A stretch of DNA of 64,000 bases from Bacteroidota bacterium (GCA_026391155.1 JAPLEP010000007.1:1119-65118), one strand, 5' to 3'; positions 1 through 11,401 are shown, numbered from the stretch's first letter. Notes: generated by a model from the sequence alone, not told the origin. Translations and numbers: made by a program.

Positions 1-1468
1 CTTTACCTGTGCCTTTATCTTTTGCACTTACATTTAATATACCATTCGCATCAATATCAAAAGTGACTTCAATTTGAGGAACGCCTCTTGGTGCTGGTGG
101 AATACCATCCAAGTTAAACATACCTAAACTTTTATTTTGAGGAGCCATTGGACGCTCGCCTTGTAATACATGAATTTGTACACCTGGTTGATTGTCGCTA
201 GCGGTAGAATAAACTTCTGTTTTCTTAGTAGGAATAGTAGTGTTAGAAGCAATCATAGTAGTCATTACACCACCCATTGTTTCAATACCTAAGTTTAAAG
301 GTGTAACGTCTAGTAACAATACATCTTTCACATCTCCTGTTAATACTGCCCCTTGGATACCTGCGCCAATCGCTACCACTTCATCAGGGTTTACAGAACG
401 GTTAGGTTTTTTACCAAAGAACTTTTCAACTATTTCTTGTACTTTAGGAATTCTTGAAGAACCTCCTACTAAAATAACTTCATCAATTTGTCCTACAGAA
501 TATCCTGCATCTTTTAAAGCAATTTCACATGGCTTCAAACAACGTGCAAATAAATTATCCGCTAATGATTCAAATTTCGCTCTTGTTAATTTTAACACTA
601 AGTGCTTTGGAACTCCATCAACAGCAGTGATGTAGGGTAAGTTAATTTCTGTTTCAGAAGAAGAACTTAATTCAACCTTTGCTTTCTCTGCAGCTTCTTT
701 TAATCTTTGTAAAGCCATTGGATCTTTTCTTAAATCAATTGCTTCTTGTTTTTTAAATTCATCTGCTAAAAAGTCCATGATTACTTTATCGAAATCATCA
801 CCACCTAAATGCGTATCTCCGTTCGTAGATTTTACTTCAAATACACCATCTCCTAAATCCAAGACAGAAATATCAAAAGTTCCACCCCCTAAATCGAATA
901 CTGCAATTTTTTGTTCTACATTTTTTTTATCTAAACCATAAGCCAATGCAGCTGCAGTTGGTTCGTTTACAATTCTACGCACATTCAATCCTGCAATCTC
1001 GCCTGCTTCTTTAGTAGCTTGTCTTTGTGCATCGTTAAAATAAGCAGGTACAGTAATTACTGCATCTGTTACTTCAGTGCCTAAATAATCTTCTGCTGTT
1101 TTTTTCATCTTTTGTAAAACCATTGCAGAAATTTCTTGTGGAGTATACATACGACCGTCGATATCAACACGCACGGTGTCGTTCTCGCCTTGTACAATTT
1201 TATAACTCCAATGAGACTTCTCTTCGGTAATCTCATTAAAACGACGACCCATGAAACGCTTCACACTTGAGATAGTGTTTTCAGGGTTCGTGATCGCTTG
1301 ACGCTTAGCAGGATCTCCTACTTTACGCTCACCATTCTTTAAGAAGGCTACTACCGAAGGGGTTGTTCTACGTCCTTCATCATTGGCGATCACTACTGGT
1401 TCGCCACCTTCCATTACCGATACGCAACTGTTGGTTGTACCTAAGTCAATTCCTATTATTTTTGCCAT
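1..1468 (-). CDS. dnaK: Molecular chaperone DnaK (Hsp70), 3' end truncated by window edge
   Basis: Reverse strand from ATG at 1468 reads [22 protein letters not shown], and later includes [18 protein letters not shown] and DLGGGTFD. Missed by the ORF track because it has no stop in the window. Confidence 0.98.
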   Translation of the reverse strand, partial: MAKIIGIDLGTTNSCVSVMEGGEPVVIANDEGRRTTPSVVAFLKNGERKVGDPAKRQAITNPENTISSVKRFMGRRFNEITEEKSHWSYKIVQGENDTVRVDIDGRMYTPQEISAMVLQKMKKTAEDYLGTEVTDAVITVPAYFNDAQRQATKEAGEIAGLNVRRIVNEPTAAALAYGLDKKNVEQKIAVFDLGGGTFDISVLDLGDGVFEVKSTNGDTHLGGDDFDKVIMDFLADEFKKQEAIDLRKDPMALQRLKEAAEKAKVELSSSSETEINLPYITAVDGVPKHLVLKLTRAKFESLADNLFARCLKPCEIALKDAGYSVGQIDEVILVGGSSRIPKVQEIVEKFFGKKPNRSVNPDEVVAIGAGIQGAVLTGDVKDVLLLDVTPLNLGIETMGGVMTTMIASNTTIPTKKTEVYSTASDNQPGVQIHVLQGERPMAPQNKSLGMFNLDGIPPAPRGVPQIEVTFDIDANGILNVSAKDKGTGK

Positions 1469-1505
1469 AATGCTTGATTTTCAATGTTTAATTACTCTAC
1501 TATAG

Positions 1506-1520
1506 TCAATCTTTATGCCA
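1506..1520 (-). promoter_or_regulatory. Putative sigma54-type -24/-12 promoter of dnaK
   Basis: Minus strand TGGCAT-AAAGA-TTGA versus consensus TGGCAC-N5-TTGC, 37 nt upstream of the dnaK start. Confidence 0.5.
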
Positions 1521-1632
1521 TAATGTGTAAGCCTGTCTAGAGGTGCAAATTTGTCATATATGGCAGTAAATCATAGTATATGAAGGCCCTAATTGACATA
1601 TAAACCCCAAAAAGGGGTAGAAAAGGCAGAAA

Positions 1633-2133
1633 TTATATAGAATCAGCGCCTTTAAAAGTGAAGTTTTTTTGACTAGTATAGCTGAAGATGACCACAAAAA
1701 AGGTGGTTGCAATCTTGGCCATGGTGGGGTACCAACCTAATTGATCTACAAATAGCTTTAAAAAGACATAATTGAGCAAAATACAGCCTAAAACCACAAC
1801 AAAGTACTTCATTAATTGCTTTCGCTTAGTGACCGTGGTTTCTTGAAATACCACATACCTGCTTAAGTAAAAGCCAATGGGGAAGGTGATGCAGAAACTA
1901 ATCATAAATGAAGCAATATGGGGGCTAATACTTATCCAACCTATATTAATCATCTCTTTATGTAAAATGTAATTATAAGCAACAAAAAACAAGCTGATAT
2001 CTAATATCGTATTCGCACCGCCACAGGCAGCGTATCTGAAAGTTTTTAAGGGCATCATTTTCTTGAAAATGGGATAGAACCAATCTATTATGTCAAGAAT
2101 AACTTTGCTAATAAAGTCGTGTAGTTTCAACAT
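1633..2133 (-). CDS. GtrA-family membrane protein
   Basis: Four hydrophobic segments; FRYAACGGANT, F.LSRYVVFQ and C-terminal FSYTSQKNFTF pattern. Confidence 0.85.
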   Translation of the reverse strand: MLKLHDFISKVILDIIDWFYPIFKKMMPLKTFRYAACGGANTILDISLFFVAYNYILHKEMINIGWISISPHIASFMISFCITFPIGFYLSRYVVFQETTVTKRKQLMKYFVVVLGCILLNYVFLKLFVDQLGWYPTMAKIATTFFVVIFSYTSQKNFTFKGADSI

Positions 2134-2160
2134 CTATGCGCTAAGATAATCTTAATTAAT

Positions 2161-2168
2161 TACTTTTG
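2161..2168 (+). promoter_or_regulatory. Bacteroidota -7 promoter element of argS
   Basis: TACTTTTG matches TAnnTTTG, 19 nt before the ATG. Confidence 0.6.
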
Positions 2169-2187
2169 CCAAAGGCAAGCCCATTTT

Positions 2188-3957
2188 ATGAATTTGATAA
2201 CTAATTTAAAGGAGACCACTGCAGCTAGTTTACTAAGCTTATATCAGGTGAATATTCAACCTGATCAAGTATTGGTAAATGCCACTAAGCCTGAATTCGA
2301 AGGTGATTATACCATTGTCTTATTCGCTTTTGTAAAACAATTAGGCAAGAGTCCCGATATCGTGGGAGGTGAATTGGGAGAAGCCATGCAAAAAGCCTTG
2401 CCAGGTATTATTACTAAGTTCAATATCGTAAAAGGATTTTTAAATTTTACTATTAGTAACGATTACTGGTTTGAGTTTATTCAAAATTTAAATCCCAATG
2501 CATTAATACCGGCAGTTGATATAAAGCGAAAAATTATGGTGGAGTACTCCTCCCCTAATACCAATAAGCCTTTACACTTAGGCCATTTAAGAAATAATTT
2601 TTTAGGATGGAGCATTGCAGAAATTTTAAAGCTGCAAGGACATGAAGTAGTAAAAACTTGTATTGTCAATGACCGTGGAATACATATTTGTAAAAGTATG
2701 ATTGCTTGGCAATTGTTTGCGAATGGCGCCACACCTTCTTCGACCAATAAAAAAGGCGATCACTTTGTGGGAGACTATTACGTTAAATACAATGAGGCAT
2801 TTAAAGCAGAAGTTGCTGGTTTAGTAAGTGGCGGTATGACTCAAGATTTAGCAGAAAAAGAAGCTTCTATCTTTAAAGCAGCCCAAGAAATGTTGTTGAA
2901 ATGGGAACAAGGAGATACTGCCACTTTGGATTTATGGAAAAAGATGAATGCCTGGGTTTATGAAGGCTTTGAAGTGACTTATAAAAAAATAGGTTCTGAT
3001 TTTTTCAAAACTTATTATGAAAGCAATACTTATTTATTAGGGAAGGAATTGGTGGAAGAAGGATTACAGAAAAAAGTATTTTATCAAAAAGAAGATAGCT
3101 CGGTTTGGATTGATTTAACTGCAGATGGATTAGATGAAAAAATTGTTCGTAGAAAAGATGGCACTTCGGTATATATGACGCAGGACATTGGACTAGCCCA
3201 ATTAAAACAAAAGGAATTTAATACCGATGCAAGTATTTATGTAGTGGGTGATGAACAAAATTATCATTTCAAAGTTTTAAAATTAATTTGTCAAAAACTA
3301 GAACAACCTGCTGCAGATGGTATTTATCATTTGAGTTATGGCATGGTGGAACTACCTACAGGTAAGATGAAAAGCCGCGAAGGCACGGTGGTGGATGCGG
3401 ATGATTTAGTGGACGAGATGATTGCTATTTCCAAAGAAAAAACAGAATCCTTGGGCAAGGTGGATGATTTTACCCCCACCCAATTGACCGATTTATACAA
3501 TACCATTGGACTGGGTGCCCTTAAGTTTTTCTTATTAAGAGTGGATCCTAAAAAGAAAATGATATTCAATCCGGAAGAAAGCATTGATTTCCATGGCTTC
3601 ACTGGCCCTTTTATTCAATATACCCATGCGCGTATTAAAAGTATATTAAGAAAAACAGGCACTACAGTATCCCTTACTGCCAATGAACTGTTGCCTTTGG
3701 AAAAACAATTGGCTATTGAACTTTCTATTTTCCCTGCTGTTGTAAATGAAGCTGCAGAAAATTTAGACCCTTCTAAAATTGCCATTTACACATTTAATTT
3801 GGCTAAATTATTCAATACCTTTTACGCCGAACATTCTATTGCCAATGCTGAATCGGAAATTAAAAAACAATTAAGAATTCAATTAGGTATTTTAACAGCA
3901 GCTACTTTGCAAAAAGCAATGAGCGTGCTAGGCATTGCAGTGCCTGAAAAAATGTAA
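2188..3957 (+). CDS. argS: Arginine--tRNA ligase
   Basis: VEYSSPNTNKPLHLGHLRN (HIGH region), KMKSREG, TGPFIQYTHAR and C-terminal PEKM. Confidence 0.98.
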   Translation: MNLITNLKETTAASLLSLYQVNIQPDQVLVNATKPEFEGDYTIVLFAFVKQLGKSPDIVGGELGEAMQKALPGIITKFNIVKGFLNFTISNDYWFEFIQNLNPNALIPAVDIKRKIMVEYSSPNTNKPLHLGHLRNNFLGWSIAEILKLQGHEVVKTCIVNDRGIHICKSMIAWQLFANGATPSSTNKKGDHFVGDYYVKYNEAFKAEVAGLVSGGMTQDLAEKEASIFKAAQEMLLKWEQGDTATLDLWKKMNAWVYEGFEVTYKKIGSDFFKTYYESNTYLLGKELVEEGLQKKVFYQKEDSSVWIDLTADGLDEKIVRRKDGTSVYMTQDIGLAQLKQKEFNTDASIYVVGDEQNYHFKVLKLICQKLEQPAADGIYHLSYGMVELPTGKMKSREGTVVDADDLVDEMIAISKEKTESLGKVDDFTPTQLTDLYNTIGLGALKFFLLRVDPKKKMIFNPEESIDFHGFTGPFIQYTHARIKSILRKTGTTVSLTANELLPLEKQLAIELSIFPAVVNEAAENLDPSKIAIYTFNLAKLFNTFYAEHSIANAESEIKKQLRIQLGILTAATLQKAMSVLGIAVPEKM

Positions 3958-3980
3958 TTGGCTAAGGCTCTATTAATAGC

Positions 3981-4607
3981 TTAACTCCTTTTTAACTTGG
4001 AATTATTGTACACTTCTGGGGTCTCCTCTTCCAAACCCCATTGATTTAATAAGGCATTCATTTGAACAGTGGGCAAAGAAGCTTTTTCGTAATGGCCAGC
4101 ATTTATTTTTTGACGCATGGCTTCATAAATACTAACGGCACAAGCCACTGAAATATTTAAACTTTGGATAATACCCATTTGAGGGATTATAAAATTCCCA
4201 TCTGCTAAATTTCTAAATTCTTCGGTAACCCCTGCATGTTCATTGCCAAATACCAAGGCCACGGACTCCGTAAAATTAATCTCGTGTAAGCTCACTGCAT
4301 CACTGGACAAATGGGTGGTCAATATTTTGGAGAAATTTTTTCTTAAGGCAGCCACACATTCTTCTAATTGATCAAATTCATGAATGGTCAACCATTTCAA
4401 AGCACTACTGCTACTTCTATAACCCCATTTTTTATGTCTAGGAATTTTAGTGGTAAGCACATACACTTCTTGGATACCCACTGCATCACAGGTTCTCATC
4501 ACTGCAGAAACATTGTGTGGATCCTGCACATTTTCCAATACCACGGTTAAATTGGATTGACGTTTACTCAAAACTTTTAATAATTTCTCCGAACGTTCTG
4601 GGGTCAT
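3981..4607 (-). CDS. trmH: TrmH/SpoU-family RNA 2'-O-methyltransferase
   Basis: DPHNVSAVMRTCDAVG, VFGNEHAG and IPQMGIIQSLNISVA SpoU motifs. Confidence 0.85.
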   Translation of the reverse strand: MTPERSEKLLKVLSKRQSNLTVVLENVQDPHNVSAVMRTCDAVGIQEVYVLTTKIPRHKKWGYRSSSSALKWLTIHEFDQLEECVAALRKNFSKILTTHLSSDAVSLHEINFTESVALVFGNEHAGVTEEFRNLADGNFIIPQMGIIQSLNISVACAVSIYEAMRQKINAGHYEKASLPTVQMNALLNQWGLEEETPEVYNNSKLKRS

Positions 4608-4609
4608 AC

Positions 4610-5659
4610 TTATTTTTTAAATGGCATTTTAAATTGAACTCCTAATCCTGGTTTAGTCAAAGGGTTTATTTTACCTGTAATATTATCATAATTGTAATCA
4701 AGTCCTTCCCCATTTAATTGGGTCATTAATAAAGGTCCATCCATATCTACATAATCCAATTGAGGCAAAAATTGTGCAATGGCTGCAGAACCAATTACAT
4801 TTTCATTCATACAACCCATCATTACTTTTAAGCCTAAGGTCTTTGCTTCCTTAATCATTCTTAAAGCAGGCGTAAGGCCACTACATTTAGTTAATTTAAT
4901 ATTAATACCATGAAAGTAGTTAGCACAAGTGGCCACGTCTTTCTCAAACACACAGGATTCATCTGCAAATAAAGGAAGTGTGGAAGCTACTTTTAATTGT
5001 GCCATCCCCTCCCAATTGTCTTTAGCCAAAGGTTGTTCCACTAATTCCACCCCTAAATTAGCAAGGGCTGGAATTTTTTGCAAGGCTTCTTCGGTGGTCC
5101 ATCCTGCATTGGCATCGACGCGGAATGGCGCATCGGTATTTGCACGCAACGCAGTTATCATTTCAATATCATAATCGGTGCCTACTTTAATTTTATAAAT
5201 GGGCCAAGGATTTGCTTTCATTTTCTCTACCATCTTTTCAATGGGATCAATGCCTATAGTATAATCACAAATGGGTGTATTTGTATTTTCATTCCAGGTG
5301 GTATTCCACATCTCATGCAGGGGTTGTTTTTTCATTTGACCAAACAAATCCCATCCAGCCATATCTAAAGCACAAACTAAAAAAGGATCTTGTGGAAATA
5401 AATGATGTAAAAAATGCCAAAATCTTTCAGGATCAATCAATGCAAATTTTTCAATTAGTTTTCTTTGCTTTTCTAATTGCACCATCATATGTTCAACTGT
5501 AACATTATAATAAACAATGGCAGGTGCTTCGCCATAACCTACCCAATTGCCCAAAGATAATCTTACCATTAAACTAGGTTGATGCGTCTTGGTCCTACCA
5601 TTGGAAATAGTAAAAGGATATTCGAAAGGTAATTTTTGTTCCCAGTAGTCGAGTTGCAC
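4610..5659 (-). CDS. Dipeptide (L-Ala-D/L-Glu) epimerase, enolase superfamily
   Basis: KIKVG, VDANAGW, EQP, DES, NIKLTKCSG and DMDG motifs; GTG start. Confidence 0.88.
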   Translation of the reverse strand: MQLDYWEQKLPFEYPFTISNGRTKTHQPSLMVRLSLGNWVGYGEAPAIVYYNVTVEHMMVQLEKQRKLIEKFALIDPERFWHFLHHLFPQDPFLVCALDMAGWDLFGQMKKQPLHEMWNTTWNENTNTPICDYTIGIDPIEKMVEKMKANPWPIYKIKVGTDYDIEMITALRANTDAPFRVDANAGWTTEEALQKIPALANLGVELVEQPLAKDNWEGMAQLKVASTLPLFADESCVFEKDVATCANYFHGINIKLTKCSGLTPALRMIKEAKTLGLKVMMGCMNENVIGSAAIAQFLPQLDYVDMDGPLLMTQLNGEGLDYNYDNITGKINPLTKPGLGVQFKMPFKK

Positions 5660-5696
5660 GATGAATTATTTTAGCTAAGATACAAAACAGCCCTAT

Positions 5697-8471
5697 TTAG
5701 CGGCCAGATTCTTTGATGGCTAATGCCCATTCTTTATTAAACTTATCCTGAGTCAACAAATCTTCAAGACTTAAGTGCATGCGATACCTCCAATAATGCT
5801 TGGGATTGGCTGGAACATTGATTCTTTCTTCATTTGGATCTTTTCTTCTTATGGATTCATCAATGCCAAAAAAATCTTGCAATTGAAAGATAGACCACAT
5901 GGAAGGAGAATATAAATGTTGCAATAAAATGGCTTTGTTAATCCATGGTTCACAATAAGTGGGCGCATCGCCCATCTTCCCTAATTCCTCTTTGTAAAAC
6001 TGTTGTGTTTTTTCTTTGTTTTCTTCCCACCAACCTCTAATGGTACTTGTATCATGTGAAGAAGGTGTCACTACACTTAAATAAGTTGCGTCTTTGGGAT
6101 TAAAAAAAGTGGTATTGCTTGCTTTGGGCATTCTTTGTACTTCTAAACTTAAAATACCTAATTGCTGCATGACTTGCGGTACACTGGAAGGAACCAATCC
6201 TAAATCCTCTCCGCATATTAGCATATTGGTAGCCAATTTTAACATCGGCAATTTTTGCATGGCTTCTTTTTCCCAAACTTGCTCTTGCTTATGGAAAAAG
6301 TAATTATTATATAAATCTCTCCATACTTTTTTAGTTTTCTGATCCAATTGCTGAAATGAACTCGTGCCTTCTATGTTAAACCTAAAATGATAAGCTTGGG
6401 CATCCGTAGACTCAATCAATAATACATTGCTTATTAAATGATAGAGTGCATTTTTTATTTTTTCATGAAAATCATCTTTGGGAAGAGATAAAAAATAAGC
6501 CTCAACTTGCCTTTGTGTCTGAAAAGCAGGCAATAAATCATAAACACCCTCTGCTCTATTGACTAAAAAATTTGTTTTGATAAAATCATTGTCCTGACCT
6601 ACCAATTGGTACAAAATGGTTTCATTGATGAAAGGCTTTGTAAAACGTTGCCTATCAAAAGAAATACCGTGACTATTGAATTCATGTATACTCACTGGAA
6701 TGGCTGGTACAAAATGTCCCATGATTCCGTCAATGGCATGCATGGGTATACTCCAAATTCTAAAAAATCCTAAAATATGATCAATTCTAAATGCATCAAA
6801 ATAAAAGCTCATTTGCTCAAACCTAAGTTTCCACCATTTAAAATCATCGGCTGCCATGGCTTCCCAATCATAAGTAGGAAATCCCCAATTCTGCCCTCTC
6901 ACAGCAAAATCATCTGGAGGTGCTCCAGCTTGCATGTCCATATGAAACAAGTTGGGATGTTGCCAAGCATCTGCACCATATCTATATACGCCAATCGGAA
7001 TATCGCCCTTTAAGACGATGCCGTTTTCATGCGCATATTTACTAGCTGCACTCAATTGCAAATGCAAATGATATTGAACAAAATAATAAAAAGCAATTTC
7101 TTCGTAGGTACTCGCTTTGGGATGTGTTAAGCTTTCAATAGCTGCTTCATTGTACTTGGCATGCGTAGGCCATTGATTAAAATCAACCGTACCATGTAAT
7201 TCTCTTAAATAGGAAAATGCACTATAGGAAACAAGCCAATGTGCATTATGATCATAAAATTATTTGAATTCATCGGATGCCAAATCCTGCTTTCCATTTT
7301 CTATGTAAAGTATTCTTAATAATTTCCATTTCAAGTCCATCACTGCCACATAATCTACCTCCGCTAATGCATTCAAAGATTGCATTAATGCCTTATAAGG
7401 TTTTACAATGTTTTCCTGCCCTTTGTGTAATAGGTCTTTGATTCGAATAAACATGGGATGCAATGCAAAAGCAGATATCCCTGCATAGGGATAAGAATCC
7501 ATATAGTTATGTGTTGCAGTAGTATCGTTCAATGGCAACAATTGTATTAGTTTTAAGCCAATTGTTTTAGCCCAATCCACCAATAGGTGTATATCTGTAA
7601 ATTCTCCTACGCCAACACTTTGTTTTGATTTCAATGAAAACACTGGAATGGCTACGCCTACTGCTTTCCATTGCGTATTATTTAAATGAACAAAACCATC
7701 ATTGATGATGACTAACTTATCTTTACCCACTCCTTCATGTAAGACTCTATTGTTGTCCAATTCAAAATTTACAAATTCTTTTTTAACTGTATCGTAAACA
7801 CCATATTTGTAAACAAAGGGGAAATTGCTTTGATTTAAATTCAAGCTGATTTCAAAATATGGGGTCTCCGCTATTTTAATTAAAGACAAGGCTTTTGTTG
7901 AATCCCATGCGCCAATTAATGGATCTTCCCCAATCATGCAAATAGTTTGATGAGGTTCTAATAATGGAGCTTTAACCCTAAATATATGGGTGGTACTTTG
8001 TTCAATACCATTAGAAGGCTTTTGAACTTTAGCATGTTTTAATAAAACATTGGAGAAAGGCTCTGTATAAAAAACATTTTCTATATAACCAGCATAATTC
8101 CATGTATCCAAAACCACCAATTCACTACTCAGTACTTTATGGGCATTAAAGCATTTATCATTACCCCAATCAAATACTTTGGTACCATCTGTATTTTTAA
8201 TGTAATAATGATAGTTTATCAATGCATCATTTGGATCGGGATTCCAGGCTAAATGTAAAACCCAATAATTGTCATTTAAATAAACTAGTGGAAGGGCTTT
8301 TTCTATTTGACCATTGCCTAGTAATGGATGATTGCCATATACAAATATCTCCTGGCCATAGGTAGTTTGGTATTTAAGATGAAAACTGATCTTCTTTAAC
8401 TTAGACTTATTACTATGGGTCCCCTTTTTATTCTTATTCAAAGTATGTATACTTTCTTCAACTCTTTGCAT
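5697..8471 (-). pseudogene. malQ: 4-alpha-glucanotransferase (amylomaltase, GH77 with N-terminal CBM20-like domains) interrupted by one in-frame TAA at 7260-7262
   Basis: Track ORFs 7260..8471 and 5697..7067 are in the same frame. The gap translates openly as DEFK*FYDHNAHWLVSYSAFSYLRE...FYYFVQYHLHLQL. GH77 motifs KGDIPIGV, GAPPD, RIDHILGFFR and GEDLG are present. Confidence 0.85.
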
Positions 8472-8647
8472 ATCAACAATTTATCCAATCTATCGTTAAT
8501 TAAAATTTTTCAACCATCGTTTTTACAAGGGATTAAAGATAAAAAAATAAAGTGTAAATAAAACACATTAACTAGTTTTTTGTGGAAATGATAGAAGGAT
8601 ACGTATATTTATGTATTCTCTTTATTATCAGTCGATTACGAAAAATA

Positions 8648-9118
8648 ATGGATAAAATAGAAATTTATACCGATGGCTCTTCTCGAGGCAATCCAGGCCC
8701 TGGTGGATTTGGTGCCATTTTAATGTGGGGTGACAAAGTAAAAGAGATTTCGGAAGCTTACAGAAAAACCACCAATAACCGAATGGAATTATTGGCCGTC
8801 ATTAAAGCCATTGCTGCCTTAAAAACAAAGGAATTGCCCGTTCATATTTTCACAGATAGCAAATACGTGGTTGAATCTGTCGAAAAAAAATGGTTGGACA
8901 ATTGGATCAAAACAAATTTCAAGGGCGGTAAAAAAAACAAAGATTTATGGTTGCAATACCATCAATTGGCGGCACACTATCAAATAAAATTTCATTGGGT
9001 AAAAGGACATAGCACCAACAAATACAACAATAGATGCGATGAATTAGCCACTACAGCGGCAGACCATGGTCCTTGGAAAATAGATGCTGAATTTGAAGCC
9101 AACGAATTACTTAAGTAA
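8648..9118 (+). CDS. rnhA: Ribonuclease HI
   Basis: IYTDGSSRGNPGPGG, TTNNRMELLA, TDSKY and WVKGH..N.RCDELA. Start moved to ATG 8648. Confidence 0.96.
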   Translation: MDKIEIYTDGSSRGNPGPGGFGAILMWGDKVKEISEAYRKTTNNRMELLAVIKAIAALKTKELPVHIFTDSKYVVESVEKKWLDNWIKTNFKGGKKNKDLWLQYHQLAAHYQIKFHWVKGHSTNKYNNRCDELATTAADHGPWKIDAEFEANELLK

Positions 9119-9133
9119 AAGTACTCGTAAAAT

Positions 9134-9688
9134 TTAGATGGCTTTGAACTTAGGCAGAAGCAATCTAAAAGCACCAAACAATACGCCTCCAAATACTAAG
9201 GTTCCAGCAACACTATAAGGATAAAATGGTAATCCATCGATCATTGTTTGAATAAAACCAGTGATGTTAAAAGCATGATGATACCCTCCTCCTTGTGCCC
9301 ATACCAAACTATTGGACACTATAAAATAGGCTGTTGGGGCAGCTAAAAAACCAACGATGTATTTAGATAATTGATTGCTTTGTAAACCAAAACCAAAAAC
9401 TGCAGTCCCTGCTATTAAAATATAATTTAAAAGTTGACCTTCATAAAATCCTTGCATAGGACTTAAATGTAATTGAAACAATACTTGATATAATAGATCT
9501 GAAATAAACATAGATAAAATGGGCAACAAAAATGCATATTGTTTTTTTGTTGCAAACAATGAACCACCAAATAAGGCAATGGCAATTTGAGGTGCAAATC
9601 CATAAGGTCTGCCAGGCAAAACACGGTACAAGGCACTGGTTGCAATCATGATCACAAGGGCTACTATAATTTGTTTGTTCAATTTCAT
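9134..9688 (-). CDS. Membrane protein, DUF6580-like putative transporter/S-component
   Basis: About 6 TM segments with R.LP...GFAP..AIALFGG, SD.L and F.VSN...W pattern. Confidence 0.65.
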   Translation of the reverse strand: MKLNKQIIVALVIMIATSALYRVLPGRPYGFAPQIAIALFGGSLFATKKQYAFLLPILSMFISDLLYQVLFQLHLSPMQGFYEGQLLNYILIAGTAVFGFGLQSNQLSKYIVGFLAAPTAYFIVSNSLVWAQGGGYHHAFNITGFIQTMIDGLPFYPYSVAGTLVFGGVLFGAFRLLLPKFKAI

Positions 9689-9795
9689 CTTTAATTTATT
9701 TAAATGGTCTTTGAAGTATATTTAAACCTTCTAGACAAAAATAAGGGTTCAACCTTAGATTATTTAATTTTGATTTTCCTCAATTGTGAATAAAC

Positions 9796-10989
9796 TTATT
9801 TTGGAACGAAAGACTTGAACAACACGGACGGCTGCTTTGCAACAATGGTAAGCTTTGTAGCTGCTGTTAAGACAGCACTATCCCCTGCTTTCAGGGTCAG
9901 CTGATCCACCAAGACTTCTCCTTCGGTGACCAATAAGACCTCCATGGAATGAGTGGCCATTGTTGAAGATTCTCCCTTATTTAAACTAATTTTTGTTAAA
10001 CCAAAGTCTGGGGCAGTAGATGGATAATTTATTTCATGATCATTGATCCTGTCCCCATTTAATAATGCAGGATAAGTGGGTACAAAGCGCACATGTTCAA
10101 TTAATTCTTTGATGTCTATATGCTTATTAGTCAAGCCACCTCTTAATACATTGTCGCTATTGGCCATCAATTCTATATTTTGACCTTCTAAATAAGCATG
10201 TAATAAACCAGCATCTTGAAATACCCCTTGGTATTTAGGTACATATACAATGTTCAAAATGTAAATGGAAAAAATACCTTTGTCAATATTAGCACTTGGT
10301 ATTCCATCTGCATAATATTTATGGGCCCAATAATGTGGATCTAATTTACCCGCGGTTTCATTTTTTACTGCATCTGCTGCTTCCAGCAATAATGGTTTTA
10401 ATATTTGATCTGAAACGGCTACGGGCAACTGCATAAAAAAGGTATACAATTGTTGGTAGTCTACACCTTTGAATTCATTGATCAAAGAACGTAAGGGAAA
10501 ATAAGTTTGTAATCGCTCTTCTAATTGAGCAGGTGGAAGAAATCCATGCAATAACCAAAAATCACTCAAAGCCACCATTAGTTCTGGCTTATGATTTCGG
10601 TCTTTGTAATTGCGGTGACTAGCATCTATGGGAATGCCAAGTGCTTGTTCTTTATCAAAACCCTTGATCGCGTTTTCTTTACTAGGATGTACTTGTATGC
10701 TCAACATATTGGCAACATCCAATACTTTAAATAAATAGGGCAATACTCCAAAGCTTTTAAATGTTTTGGCCCCTAGCCATTTTTCTGGATTTTCATTCAC
10801 TAAAATATCTAAACTAATAGAGCCCTGCGCTGTTTGAATCATAGAGGAAGCGCTAGGATGTGCGCCCATCCAATATTCTGCATAAGGTAGATGGTTGACA
10901 TTTTCGATCCCCATCATGGCTGGAATGAAACTGGTGCCTCCCCAATCATAATGTCTATGTTTTCCAAGTAATTTATACGCTTTTTGCAT
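9796..10989 (-). CDS. manA: Mannose-6-phosphate isomerase, type I
   Basis: YDWG, AEYWMGAHPS, LSIQVHPSK, YKD.NHKPE, HAYLEG and MANSDNVLRGGLT motifs. Confidence 0.96.
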   Translation of the reverse strand: MQKAYKLLGKHRHYDWGGTSFIPAMMGIENVNHLPYAEYWMGAHPSASSMIQTAQGSISLDILVNENPEKWLGAKTFKSFGVLPYLFKVLDVANMLSIQVHPSKENAIKGFDKEQALGIPIDASHRNYKDRNHKPELMVALSDFWLLHGFLPPAQLEERLQTYFPLRSLINEFKGVDYQQLYTFFMQLPVAVSDQILKPLLLEAADAVKNETAGKLDPHYWAHKYYADGIPSANIDKGIFSIYILNIVYVPKYQGVFQDAGLLHAYLEGQNIELMANSDNVLRGGLTNKHIDIKELIEHVRFVPTYPALLNGDRINDHEINYPSTAPDFGLTKISLNKGESSTMATHSMEVLLVTEGEVLVDQLTLKAGDSAVLTAATKLTIVAKQPSVLFKSFVPK

Positions 10990-11041
10990 GTAGTTAAAAT
11001 GTCGATGTTTGAGCTATAGGATAAAGCTAAATGAATTTTAA

Positions 11042-11395
11042 ATGAGCAACAAAGAAATTGGGATTTTTGGCGAAAATAGGGCTATCCGCCACCTTAGTGA
11101 ACTAGGCTTTGAGATAATGCATCGAAATTGGAGATACAAGCATTTAGAAATAGATATTATTGCCAATAAGGATAATCTCTTACATATCATTGAAGTGAAA
11201 ACAAGAACGAGTATTGAATTTGGCTATCCTGAACAATTTATTCATCGACAGAAAATGCAATTTCTTAAAAACGCAGCCGCATTTTTTCAATATGAACACC
11301 CCCAATGGAAATACCTACAATTTGATGTGGTTTCCATTTTTCTCAATGAACAAAAACAATGGGAATTACTTTTTATAGAAGATGTTTATTTTTAA
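11042..11395 (+). CDS. YraN-family (UPF0102) nuclease-like protein
   Basis: G..GE..A, RNWR, EIDII, EVKTR and FDVV motifs. Confidence 0.92.
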   Translation: MSNKEIGIFGENRAIRHLSELGFEIMHRNWRYKHLEIDIIANKDNLLHIIEVKTRTSIEFGYPEQFIHRQKMQFLKNAAAFFQYEHPQWKYLQFDVVSIFLNEQKQWELLFIEDVYF

Positions 11396-11401
11396 AATAA
11401 A

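Noticed and set aside
240-635. 131-aa plus-strand ORF
   Set aside because: Antisense shadow of dnaK; antisense ORFs over hsp70 genes are a known annotation artefact.
9689-9795. Possible vitamin riboswitch upstream of the DUF6580-like transporter
   Set aside because: The region is only about 100 nt, AT-rich, has a -7 promoter close to the gene and shows no cobalamin or TPP consensus motifs.
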